From Paenibacillus sp. (GTDB lineage: Bacteria > Bacillota > Bacilli > Paenibacillales > Paenibacillaceae), in NCBI GenBank assembly GCA_032083065.1, contig DAMDOU010000003.1, forward strand, positions 9-64,008: a stretch of DNA of 64,000 nt, given 5' to 3'. How positions within the stretch are numbered: the stretch's first letter is position 1; every line of letters begins with the position of its first letter. Below, piece after piece: positions 17,589 to 26,013 of the stretch. The notes below the pieces were generated by a model that did not search any database, was not told the DNA's origin, and saw only the letters and a program-made list of their open reading frames with translations. A program made the translations under genes and the position numbers.

Positions 17589-19173
17589 TGAGAAGAATAT
17601 CCGATTCGGCTTAAAGACGATGATAGAACGCGAGTTTCCGGAGGAATTTGAAGTGATCTCGGCAACTCAAGGGGCCGAGGCGCTCGAATTATACCGGACC
17701 GAAGGTGCGGAAATTATCATTACGGATATTCGCATGCCTGTTATGGATGGGATTGCCCTGATTGAGCAGATTTCGGCAGAACCGCTGCCGAGTGTTCAGA
17801 CCGGACAGCCGTTGGTCATTATTTTAAGCGGGTATGAAGACTTCGAATATGCCAAGGCTGCGATCCGTTATCAAGCTGTCGATTATTTGTTGAAGCCCAT
17901 CCGCCGTGACGAATTGTTCGGAGCGCTGCAGAAATGCAAGGATAACCTGGTCAAACGCACACAAATGGCGGAACAGTTAGCTGTCACGGAGAGCTACAGG
18001 CAACAGGTCCAAGCGGGAATACTGCTGGATTTGATGATGTTAGAGGATTTTACCGAAGCGGATGCAAGAAGGTTAAGCTCTGAAATAGATTTTGAGCGGT
18101 ACAGTTCTCCATTTTCAGTTGCCGTGCTGACTTATAAATATGAGGACGGCAGCAGGATGAAGAAGGATGAGTTGAAGTCGCTTGCCGAGCATATGTTTAA
18201 AACTGTGGAAGGTCAATTGAAAGTGTCTCTGCTGGATCGGGAGGGTAGAGTCGTTCTGATAGGAGGGCCGCAACGTAAATTTGCGGAGCTATCGATTTTG
18301 GCAGATGAGAAGGAGCTCGACGGTTTATTGGTTGGAGTGAGTGAAGAAGGCGGCCGCTTACAGGATCTCACCAAATGTTACAGGCAGGCGGTGGAATCCT
18401 TGAGCTACACGTTCATTTATCCGAAGACGCACCTGATTTGGTTTAAGGAGCTGCCTGCAAAACGACCGTACTATGCGGTTCCAAAGGAAGATATCCGTAA
18501 GCTGGGCAACATTCTCGGCACCAAACAGGAGAAGGAGATCGGGCAGCTGCTGCATGAAATATTTAAGATTGACCAATTGGCGGGGATGGATATCGACTAT
18601 CTGCATGCCGTAAGCAATCAGATTAATGAACAGGTCCTTGACGAGGTATTCCGGATGTATGGGGAAGCATCCATTGAGGTCATTAAGCTCTACCGCAAGG
18701 TGGGGGACCTGTCCAATTTCCGCCATTTCCATGATTATTTCCGTTCTCTGGAACAACTAATGCTCAGCCTGAACGAATATATTAAAGAGATTCGCTCGGC
18801 ACATAGCGAGCACGGGGATATGAAGGATGCTGTACATTATATTGAGACAAACTACCATCGTCCACTAAATATGGCGATCGTGAGCAATTATGTATCCTTA
18901 AATTACTCCTACTTCAGTGAGGCATTTAAGGCCTATACCGGGGAGAGCTTCGTAACTTATCTGAAGAAGGTAAGGATCCGCAAAGCCAAGGAATTAATCG
19001 GCAAAGGATCGCTCAAATTGTCGGAGATCAGCGCGGCAGTCGGATTTGAGAACTCCCGGCACTTCTCCCGGGTATTCAAAGAGCTTGAAGGTATATCTCC
19101 CTTTGAATATCGCGGCAAGCTGTTTGTCGGAAGTGAAAGTCTCAACGAGCGGGAATCACCGGAAGAAGAGTAA
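17563..19173 (+). CDS. Response regulator with AraC-type HTH output (YesN-like)
   Basis: Receiver domain (MIVDDEKNIR...IITDIRMPVMDG...KP). C-terminal AraC HTH (SNYVSLNYSYFSEAFKAYTGESF...GFENSRHFSRVFKELEGISPFEYR). Overlaps the kinase gene by 26 nt. Confidence 0.9.
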   Translation: MTKLMIVDDEKNIRFGLKTMIEREFPEEFEVISATQGAEALELYRTEGAEIIITDIRMPVMDGIALIEQISAEPLPSVQTGQPLVIILSGYEDFEYAKAAIRYQAVDYLLKPIRRDELFGALQKCKDNLVKRTQMAEQLAVTESYRQQVQAGILLDLMMLEDFTEADARRLSSEIDFERYSSPFSVAVLTYKYEDGSRMKKDELKSLAEHMFKTVEGQLKVSLLDREGRVVLIGGPQRKFAELSILADEKELDGLLVGVSEEGGRLQDLTKCYRQAVESLSYTFIYPKTHLIWFKELPAKRPYYAVPKEDIRKLGNILGTKQEKEIGQLLHEIFKIDQLAGMDIDYLHAVSNQINEQVLDEVFRMYGEASIEVIKLYRKVGDLSNFRHFHDYFRSLEQLMLSLNEYIKEIRSAHSEHGDMKDAVHYIETNYHRPLNMAIVSNYVSLNYSYFSEAFKAYTGESFVTYLKKVRIRKAKELIGKGSLKLSEISAAVGFENSRHFSRVFKELEGISPFEYRGKLFVGSESLNERESPEEE

Positions 19174-19242
19174 GAATAAGAAGAGCCGGAACATAAATGA
19201 ATTAACGAAGAAAGCGGCATTCATCTCATGACATCAACCTAA

Positions 19243-19290
19243 GGCAGTTCCCTGTACACCTCCGGTGAGCAGGGGCTGCCCTTTTTATTT
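19243..19290 (+). terminator. Terminator after two-component system 1
   Basis: GGCAGTTCCCTG...CAGGGGCTGCC followed by CTTTTTATTT. Confidence 0.7.
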
Positions 19291-19340
19291 CAAGTGTATT
19301 CCCGTGCAATGGGCTCATCCTTTGCCTAAAGCCCGCTTAT

Positions 19341-20162
19341 TTACGGCATTTTCTTTTCGGCCTTTAGAATCGATGCCGATATTTTCTCTTCCAAGTTGTA
19401 CATGTTCTGCTTGTTCTTCTGGACCTGAGCAGAGAGTGTAAGCAAGCGGGCCAGCGCATCGGAGCTGCGATCGGCGTCGCTTTTTTTTACAGCAGCTTTA
19501 AAATTGCTCCACTCCGTGGTAATCAGCTTGTTCGAGGATGAAATGATGCTTTTCTCCGATTTGATCTTGGTTTTATGCGGATCGACTTCCCCCAATATTT
19601 TGCGGATTTCTTCCGTCTTCCGGGTTCTCTCCTTTTTGGCCGCCTGCAGTGCCGATTCTTTGTTTCGAATGTCCTGCCTTGCCAGCGTGCTGGCCGTCTT
19701 TAACCCGTCGGCTTGTGTCTTGAGCAAGGAGTACAACGATTTGTCCTTCAGCTTCTTAGCGGCGGTGGCCTGTTTGCTGACCGTAGAGTAAGAGTCGAAT
19801 AGGGGCTGGTACTTGTTTTTTACCGATTTGACCTGCTCATCCAGCTTGGCGATGGTACTCTTATCGATCTCCTTCAACTTTTTTCGGGCGGCCGTTAGCC
19901 TGGTTTCGTTGTTGTAATGCAGCGCCGAGATTTTGGAGTCCAAGGAGGACAGGTCCTTCTGTGTCTTGGAGAAATCGGCGTACTGTTTGAGAAGCTTGGT
20001 CCGCTTTGTGCCTCCGGCCTCGTCGGCCGCCTTGTTGACTTGGGTGTTCAGGGAATCGGTAAATTCAATGGCCGCCGCCATGGCGGTCCGTTCCCCCCAA
20101 GCCGACATCGTCAACATGGTGAAGATGAGCGCATACGCGGTAATTCGGGCATACTTTTTCAT
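19341..20162 (-). CDS. Secreted coiled-coil hypothetical protein (273 aa)
   Basis: The ATG at 20162 follows GAGAGGTGG. Signal peptide MKKYARITAYALIFTMLTMSAWG...AMAAA. The rest is K/E/S-rich heptad-like sequence. The ORF-track N-terminal extension to 20255 runs through a terminator hairpin. Confidence 0.65.
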   Translation of the reverse strand: MKKYARITAYALIFTMLTMSAWGERTAMAAAIEFTDSLNTQVNKAADEAGGTKRTKLLKQYADFSKTQKDLSSLDSKISALHYNNETRLTAARKKLKEIDKSTIAKLDEQVKSVKNKYQPLFDSYSTVSKQATAAKKLKDKSLYSLLKTQADGLKTASTLARQDIRNKESALQAAKKERTRKTEEIRKILGEVDPHKTKIKSEKSIISSSNKLITTEWSNFKAAVKKSDADRSSDALARLLTLSAQVQKNKQNMYNLEEKISASILKAEKKMP

Positions 20163-20229
20163 GGAAACCACCTCTCTAGTTCTTTGATCCGGCGGACAGA
20201 AGCAAGCCGGTGTGAGACCGGAACACGAC

Positions 20230-20276
20230 AAAAAACACCCGCAAGCCAGGCGCAATCGGCCTTGGCAATACGGGTG
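20230..20276 (-). terminator. Intrinsic terminator or attenuator inside the leader of the 19341..20162 gene
   Basis: The minus strand reads CACCCGTATTGCCAAGG-ccgattgcg-CCTGGCTTGCGGGTG followed by TTTTTTG. It lies 68 nt upstream of the ATG. Confidence 0.6.
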
Positions 20277-20321
20277 CTTCCCTTATCTTTCCGTCGTATC
20301 TCGGTATCCTATTATTTGTAA

Positions 20322-20351
20322 AATATACACGAAGTGTCCTGAATTTGTCAA
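20322..20351 (-). promoter_or_regulatory. Sigma-A-like promoter (TTGACA-18-TATATT) on the minus strand
   Basis: The minus strand has TTGACA (20351-20346), an 18-nt spacer and TATATT (20327-20322). The predicted TSS is about 85 nt upstream of the terminator T-run. Confidence 0.45.
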
Positions 20352-20375
20352 TGCGCTGACCGGAAAGGGTGACGT

Positions 20376-20522
20376 TTACCGGGGCTGCAGATCGGCTTGC
20401 ACATATTCCAGCTTGCGGAGAATCTCCTTCTGCCACTTAACATCCCCCAAGCTGACCGCCAGGTTCAGCAGATCCAAGTAATCGTCGATTTGTAGCGAAG
20501 ATTTGCGGGTAGATACTTTCAT
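20376..20522 (-). CDS. Unannotated small ORF (48 aa), hypothetical
   Basis: MKVSTRKSSLQIDDYLDLLNLAVSLGDVKWQKEILRKLEYVQADLQPR. AAGGAG RBS 9 nt upstream. Too short for the ORF track. Lies directly downstream of the Fur box. Confidence 0.4.
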   Translation of the reverse strand: MKVSTRKSSLQIDDYLDLLNLAVSLGDVKWQKEILRKLEYVQADLQPR

Positions 20523-20578
20523 GGGCTTCCTACTCCTTTATGTGAATAATAAATGAATCGCTTTTGTTTGAATGGAAA

Positions 20579-20620
20579 GATAATGATAATCATTATCATA
20601 TGCTGTTAATTATCATTATG
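20579..20620. promoter_or_regulatory. Fur box (perfect 19-mer) plus an adjacent weaker site
   Basis: GATAATGATAATCATTATC at 20579-20597 is 19/19 to the classical Fur consensus. It contains the Bacillus 7-1-7 core TGATAATCATTATCA (20584-20598). A second, weaker site TTAATTATCATTATG is at 20606-20620. Confidence 0.75.
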
Positions 20621-20728
20621 CACAATAAAGAGCAAAAAGTAAATAAGGAGAATCTCCGCGAATCACTGTTCACTTGACAACCTCCTGTATTTATGGAAAA
20701 TGAGGAGAAATAATACAAGGGAGGCACT

Positions 20729-21535
20729 ATGGAAACTGAATCTCTGCTAAAAGTGGAAGAGCTGGCGCTAAAAAAGTATAAGATCTTCAAGCAAAGCCAG
20801 CTTCGTTACATCGCCAGAGCCATGCTTGCGAGCATGTTCATCGGATTCGGGGTCATCGTAGCCTTCAAGAGCGGGAACTTCTTCTACATGGAGCATTCCC
20901 CGTTGACTTATCCGATGGCCGCCATTACGTTCGGCGCGGCAATTATCCTGATCGCTTATGGCGGAGGGGATCTGTTTACCGGAAATACATTTTATTATAC
21001 TTATGCGGCGCTGCGAAAGAAGCTGAAATGGCTGCAAGTCGTTAAACTGTGGGTCTTAAGCTATATTGGGAATATTTTGGGAGCCTGTGCCTTTGCGCTG
21101 CTAATTTATTTGACCGGACTTTTTGACGATACCGCTGTCAACAGCTTCCTGTTGAATGTCGTGGAGCACAAAATGAGCACCTCGACCATAGAGTTGTTCT
21201 TCCGGGCGATTCTATGTAATTGGCTAGTCTGTCTAGCCTTCTTCGTTCCGATGTCATTACAGGGCGATGGCGCCAAAATGTTTGCGATGATGCTGTTCGT
21301 TTTTTGCTTCTTTATTTCGGGATATGAGCACAGCATTGCTAATATGTGTACATTTGCCATTGCACTGGTGTTGAACCACCCAGGCACCATTTCCTTTGGC
21401 GGGGTCGTGCACAATCTGATTCCGGTCACGCTGGGCAATCTGGTAGGCGGTGTTTTGTTAATGGGCTATATGTACTATTTTGTTAACAAACCGTTTTTGG
21501 ACGCGGAGAATACGGACGATTCGGCAAAATTATAA
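20729..21535 (+). CDS. Formate/nitrite transporter (FNT) family channel
   Basis: GGDLFTGN and EHSIANM signature segments. Six hydrophobic helices. GGGAGG RBS. Confidence 0.9.
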   Translation: METESLLKVEELALKKYKIFKQSQLRYIARAMLASMFIGFGVIVAFKSGNFFYMEHSPLTYPMAAITFGAAIILIAYGGGDLFTGNTFYYTYAALRKKLKWLQVVKLWVLSYIGNILGACAFALLIYLTGLFDDTAVNSFLLNVVEHKMSTSTIELFFRAILCNWLVCLAFFVPMSLQGDGAKMFAMMLFVFCFFISGYEHSIANMCTFAIALVLNHPGTISFGGVVHNLIPVTLGNLVGGVLLMGYMYYFVNKPFLDAENTDDSAKL

Positions 21536-21542
21536 GAATGAT

Positions 21543-21586
21543 AAGACTGGTCGCGCTCTCACAGGAGTAGTGGCCGGTCTTTTTTA
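21543..21586 (+). terminator. Terminator after the FNT gene
   Basis: AAGACTGGTC, an 18-nt loop, GGCCGGTCTT (two G:U pairs), then TTTTT. Confidence 0.6.
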
Positions 21587-21791
21587 TGTGCAATCCAAGA
21601 TTGAAGAGTTAGGTAAAAAAGCCTATTTCAACCTACAAAAATATGTTAAAATTAAGCGAAATAGGATGAATATCCTGGAAAATTGCCTCTCTGTCACTAA
21701 TTCTGCAACAATGACTCCCGCTCCTTGTCCTCTTATTCTCTCATTTTACTCGCTAGGCAGTTGGGTGTAAGATCATAATTTCAAAGGGTGC

Positions 21792-24700
21792 ATGATGATG
21801 AAGCGAATACTTTGGATGTTCATTTTTGCCGTCATACTTATCACATCGTTCCATAATCCCGTTTTTGGCGCCAGTGGCGCCAGATATAACGTGGCCTACT
21901 ACACCGAACTTGATTACCCGCCTTATAAATTTAATCAGCATGGTTATCCTACAGGTTTTGATCTTGAACTGACCCGGATGTTGTTTGAAGAGGATCAATA
22001 TTCGATTTATTATACATTTGATAATTGGGAGTCGGCCTTTAACCGGCTTAAGAACCAGGAGATCGATACCGTCGGACTCATGGCGATAATGGATAACCGG
22101 AGGAATGATGTGCTCTATTCCAAACCGGTGATGCGTACATATACTGGCGTTTACGCCAAGGAATATTTTGAAGATCAGGTGACGATCGGGACGCTGCAGA
22201 ATTACAAGATCGGCGTGGCGGCAGGACAGTATACGGAGCAACAGCTTAAGGATGTTGCCGGCGTAGATAATTACAGCACTTTTTCAACAGTGGAAGAGGG
22301 ACTGATAGCGTTAAGACAAGGAAATATCGATCTTCTCTTCGAGAACCAACAGGTTGTCAATTACTTAATGATAAAAGAGGGGTTGAACGAGGAAATCCGC
22401 CAGGTGATGTCTGATTTGTACCCTGTAGACTTTGCTTACGGCATTAGCAAGGGTTCCCCTCAATTAGTGGAATATATTGATCAAAGAATCGATGAACTAC
22501 GTGGAGAGCAGAGTTATGAAGCTTTATATGAGCGGTATTTCTTTAAACACTCCGAATTTTACGCAGAAAGAGTCCGAAATCGTTTTATATTGGCCGGATG
22601 CGTGATCGTTATTCTCCTTGTCCTGAGTTATGTATTGCTTAAGCTGTACATCAACCGATTGCGGAGAACGATTCACGGGGAACAGGAATTTTCCAAAGAT
22701 GTGCTGGACCATACCAACCTGTTCATCTGGGCGGTGCAGGGAGATAAGGCAACCGTTCGCCTTAACAAATATGCCGAGTGGCTGATCGGTATTAAAGAAG
22801 AGGTTGCGATCGGAGCCAAATACGATGAACTGCCCGGCTTGAAGGAACGGTACAATGAGCTGTTCGCCCTTTTGGACGACGCGTTGTCCATGAAATTTGT
22901 GGATAACCGGGAGATGACGCTTGCGTGCGCGGACGGGAGCCCGCCCAAAGTGTTCCTGTTCCGGTCGGCTACGATCCGCGGCTTGTCCGGAGATCCGGAC
23001 GTGTTTGTAGTGGCGGGGATGGATATCCAGGAGCGCAAGTTATATGAGAACAAACTGCAAAACAGCTATCAAGAGTTGGAGGCCACTTATGAAGAACTAG
23101 CGGCGACTCAAGATGAATTGCAGGTTAATTATGAGCAATTGGTACAGAACCAGGAAATGCTTCGGCGGAACGAGGAGCGTTACCGCCTTGTTACGGAGGC
23201 TTCGAACGGAGGCATCTGGGAAATCGATCTGGTGCGAAAACGGTACTATTATTCCCAACGCTGGTTCGAACTTCTCGGATACTCTCATGAAGATCATGTC
23301 ACGAGCGAGATGGTGACGGACATCGTTCATCCGGACGATATTCTGAAATATGAACGCGCGATGGAAGCCGCCAAGATGAGAGGCAATTCCCTGTTCGAAT
23401 GCGAATATCGGCTGCGAATGAAGAGTGGGGAATACCGCTGGTTTCAGGCTAGAGGGAAAATTGTTTATAATGAGGATGGTGATTCCATCCGGTTTACCGG
23501 CTCTAATTCCGATATTCATGAACTGAAGGTGTCTCAGGAGCGTTTGCAGCATTTGGCATACTATGATGCGCTCAGTGACCTGCCGAACCGGCTATATTTG
23601 TTGGAAGAGATGGAATCCGTATTCTCCCGTCCCGGCGCGAAGGCCGCATTATTCTTCGTGGACACGGATAATTTTAAATATATTAATGATACGCTTGGAC
23701 ATAAATTCGGAGACCGCCTGCTAGTGGAGGTTAGTTCCCGTCTCTCAAAAATTATTGGAGAAGAAGGGATACTGTTCCGGCTGGGCGGAGATGAATTCGT
23801 AATTCTTATGAGAGAAATTGAGCGGCAAGAGCAGGCTGTTGAACTTGCCGACCGCCTGCTCGAGGGGTTCAAAATACCTTTTCAAATTAATGACAGCGAT
23901 CTTTATGTAACGGTGAGCATCGGAATTTCCTATTATCCTCAGGATGGTGTCAGCGCGGAAGAGATATTGAAGAATGCAGACGTAGCCATGTATGCTGCTA
24001 AAGAAGCGGGCAAGGGAAAATACATGGTCTTTGATCCATCCTTCCTGCAAGCATTTAATGAGCGGGTCCAACTGGAGAAATATTTGCGGCAAGGATTGAA
24101 GAACGAAGAGTTTCTGCTATATTATCAGCCTCAGCTAAGCTTGAAAACCGGCCGGATTACCGGGTTTGAGTCACTGATCCGCTGGAACAGCCCGGAGCTC
24201 GGCTTCGTATCTCCGCTGACGTTTATCAAGGTTGCGGAGGACAGCAGGCTGATTGTTTCCATTGGCGAATGGGTTATTTTGCAGGCATGCAGGTTTGCTA
24301 AAGGGTTACAGGACAAAGGCCTAGGACATTATAAAATTGCGGTCAATATTTCGGTGATCCAACTGATTCAGGATAATTTTGTTGATAAGGTGATGGAGGC
24401 GCTGGAAATCACAGGCCTTGAACCGCAATACTTGGAGTTGGAAATCACGGAATCGACCATTGTGGAGTCATTTGACCGGCTCATTCCGAATCTCACCTTC
24501 CTTAGATCCAAGGGGATTCAAATCGCGCTCGATGATTTCGGAACGGGGTATTCGTCTCTCGGATATTTAAAACAATTGCCGATCACGACCTTGAAAATCG
24601 ATAAAACCTTTATCGAGCATGTGCCGAACGGTGAGGATAATCGTTCCCTCGCCCGGGCGATTGTGCTGATCGGTCGGAAAATGGGACTTGAAGTCGTGGC

Positions 24701-24875
24701 CGAAGGCGTGGAAACGGATCAACAAATGCATTATGTCAAACGAGCGAAATGCGATATGATTCAAGGATACCTTATCAGTAGGCCGCTTCCTGAAGAGGAA
24801 GCCATCCGTCTCATTCGAAGCAATCCGGTCTATGATATCGGCGGGAAAACTTCCGCCATGAGCAATACCGGGTAA
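21792..24875 (+). CDS. Membrane c-di-GMP signalling protein: periplasmic SBP_bac_3-like sensor, TM, PAS, coiled coil, PAS, GGDEF, EAL
   Basis: N-terminal signal/TM segment and a family-3 SBP-like domain (YYTELDYPPYKF...). PAS region (ERYRLVTEASNGGIWEIDL...). Intact RLGGDEFVIL. EAL domain with FESLIRW, DDFGTGYSS, KIDKTF, EGVET and QGYLISRP. Confidence 0.9.
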   Translation: MMMKRILWMFIFAVILITSFHNPVFGASGARYNVAYYTELDYPPYKFNQHGYPTGFDLELTRMLFEEDQYSIYYTFDNWESAFNRLKNQEIDTVGLMAIMDNRRNDVLYSKPVMRTYTGVYAKEYFEDQVTIGTLQNYKIGVAAGQYTEQQLKDVAGVDNYSTFSTVEEGLIALRQGNIDLLFENQQVVNYLMIKEGLNEEIRQVMSDLYPVDFAYGISKGSPQLVEYIDQRIDELRGEQSYEALYERYFFKHSEFYAERVRNRFILAGCVIVILLVLSYVLLKLYINRLRRTIHGEQEFSKDVLDHTNLFIWAVQGDKATVRLNKYAEWLIGIKEEVAIGAKYDELPGLKERYNELFALLDDALSMKFVDNREMTLACADGSPPKVFLFRSATIRGLSGDPDVFVVAGMDIQERKLYENKLQNSYQELEATYEELAATQDELQVNYEQLVQNQEMLRRNEERYRLVTEASNGGIWEIDLVRKRYYYSQRWFELLGYSHEDHVTSEMVTDIVHPDDILKYERAMEAAKMRGNSLFECEYRLRMKSGEYRWFQARGKIVYNEDGDSIRFTGSNSDIHELKVSQERLQHLAYYDALSDLPNRLYLLEEMESVFSRPGAKAALFFVDTDNFKYINDTLGHKFGDRLLVEVSSRLSKIIGEEGILFRLGGDEFVILMREIERQEQAVELADRLLEGFKIPFQINDSDLYVTVSIGISYYPQDGVSAEEILKNADVAMYAAKEAGKGKYMVFDPSFLQAFNERVQLEKYLRQGLKNEEFLLYYQPQLSLKTGRITGFESLIRWNSPELGFVSPLTFIKVAEDSRLIVSIGEWVILQACRFAKGLQDKGLGHYKIAVNISVIQLIQDNFVDKVMEALEITGLEPQYLELEITESTIVESFDRLIPNLTFLRSKGIQIALDDFGTGYSSLGYLKQLPITTLKIDKTFIEHVPNGEDNRSLARAIVLIGRKMGLEVVAEGVETDQQMHYVKRAKCDMIQGYLISRPLPEEEAIRLIRSNPVYDIGGKTSAMSNTG

Positions 24876-24972
24876 GCGCAGAACGCGTAGTTTGAGTTAG
24901 ATTTGCAGTAAGGGCAGGAGATTCGCACGGTCTTCTCGAGCTTTTTAACACATCATGTAGGGAGGATCTCCA

Positions 24973-25917
24973 TTGAAAAAGGTTATTTTAGATGTTGATA
25001 CGGGTGTGGATGATGCCATGGCCATTGTCTATGCCGCACATTCACCGGAGCTGGAACTGATCGGGATTACGACTTGCTTCGGCAATGTTACCGTAAAGGA
25101 AGCTACGCGAAACACACTGGCGGTGCTGGAGAAGTTGGATAAACAAGGTAAGCCGGGCAAGTCGATTCCGGTTATCGAGGGTGCGAAGGAAACCCTCCGT
25201 CGCGGGGAGAAAACCCAGTATTCCAGACATGTTCACGGCGAAGACGGACTTGGTAACGCGTTGACGAATCAGCCGCAAGGCAAGCCAGAGCCGGGGGAAG
25301 CGGCAGATTATATCATTGAACAGGTAAGACGACATCCGCATGAACTGACGATTATTGCAGTAGGCCCCTTAACGAATCTAGCGCTGGCCATCGAAAAGGA
25401 TCCGGAAATCGTGACATCGTTTAAGGAGGTTATCGTGATGGGCGGTGCGGTAGGCGTACCGGGCAATGTGACACCTTACGGTGAAGCCAATATTGTGGCC
25501 GATCCCGAAGCTGCGGCTGTGGTGTTCGGTTCAGGCCTACCGCTGACGCTGGTCGGCCTGGACGTTACGCTGCAAACACTGCTGCCCAGAGCGCACCTGG
25601 ATGTATGGCGGTCATCCGGCCGAAGCGACGCGATGTTTCTTGCAGAGATGAGCGAGTATTATATGGACTTTTATGAATCATGTTATCCCGGAAAGGGAGG
25701 CTGCGGTTTGCATGACCCGTTAGCGGTAGGGGTTGCCGTAGATCCCGGTCTGGTCCGCATTGAGCCGATGCGGGTAACGGTCGTTACCGATGGAGAACAA
25801 ACCGGGAGAACAGTGGGGGCGCTGGAGGGTGAATCGAAAATCGGTGTTTGTACCGGTGTGGATGCGGATCGATTCCTGAAGCATTTTACGAGCAGGATTG
25901 CAGGCGTGGAAATATAA
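24973..25917 (+). CDS. Inosine-uridine-preferring type nucleoside hydrolase (Rih family)
   Basis: N-terminal DVDTGVDDAMAI (DXDXXXDD motif). TTG start 6 nt after GGGAGGA. Confidence 0.9.
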   Translation: MKKVILDVDTGVDDAMAIVYAAHSPELELIGITTCFGNVTVKEATRNTLAVLEKLDKQGKPGKSIPVIEGAKETLRRGEKTQYSRHVHGEDGLGNALTNQPQGKPEPGEAADYIIEQVRRHPHELTIIAVGPLTNLALAIEKDPEIVTSFKEVIVMGGAVGVPGNVTPYGEANIVADPEAAAVVFGSGLPLTLVGLDVTLQTLLPRAHLDVWRSSGRSDAMFLAEMSEYYMDFYESCYPGKGGCGLHDPLAVGVAVDPGLVRIEPMRVTVVTDGEQTGRTVGALEGESKIGVCTGVDADRFLKHFTSRIAGVEI

Positions 25918-25920
25918 ATC

Positions 25921-25965
25921 AAAAGCGCGGGTAGTAGGGGATATGTTCCCTAACCCGCGCTTTTT
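25921..25965. terminator. Bidirectional terminator between the nucleoside hydrolase gene and xylR
   Basis: AAAAGCGCGGGT...ACCCGCGCTTTTT, flanked by an A-run and a T-run. Confidence 0.75.
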
Positions 25966-26013
25966 GTTCAAAGTTTCCTGTATAGCCCCAATCCTTACTG
26001 CCCTTTTGAAGCC

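Noticed and set aside
20163-20315. An attempt to assign the leader to a known riboswitch class (c-di-GMP I/II, preQ1, fluoride, ykkC, ZTP, glycine, Mn, T-box).
   Set aside because: None of the signature sequences I can recall for these classes is present. It is left as an unclassified leader or sRNA candidate.
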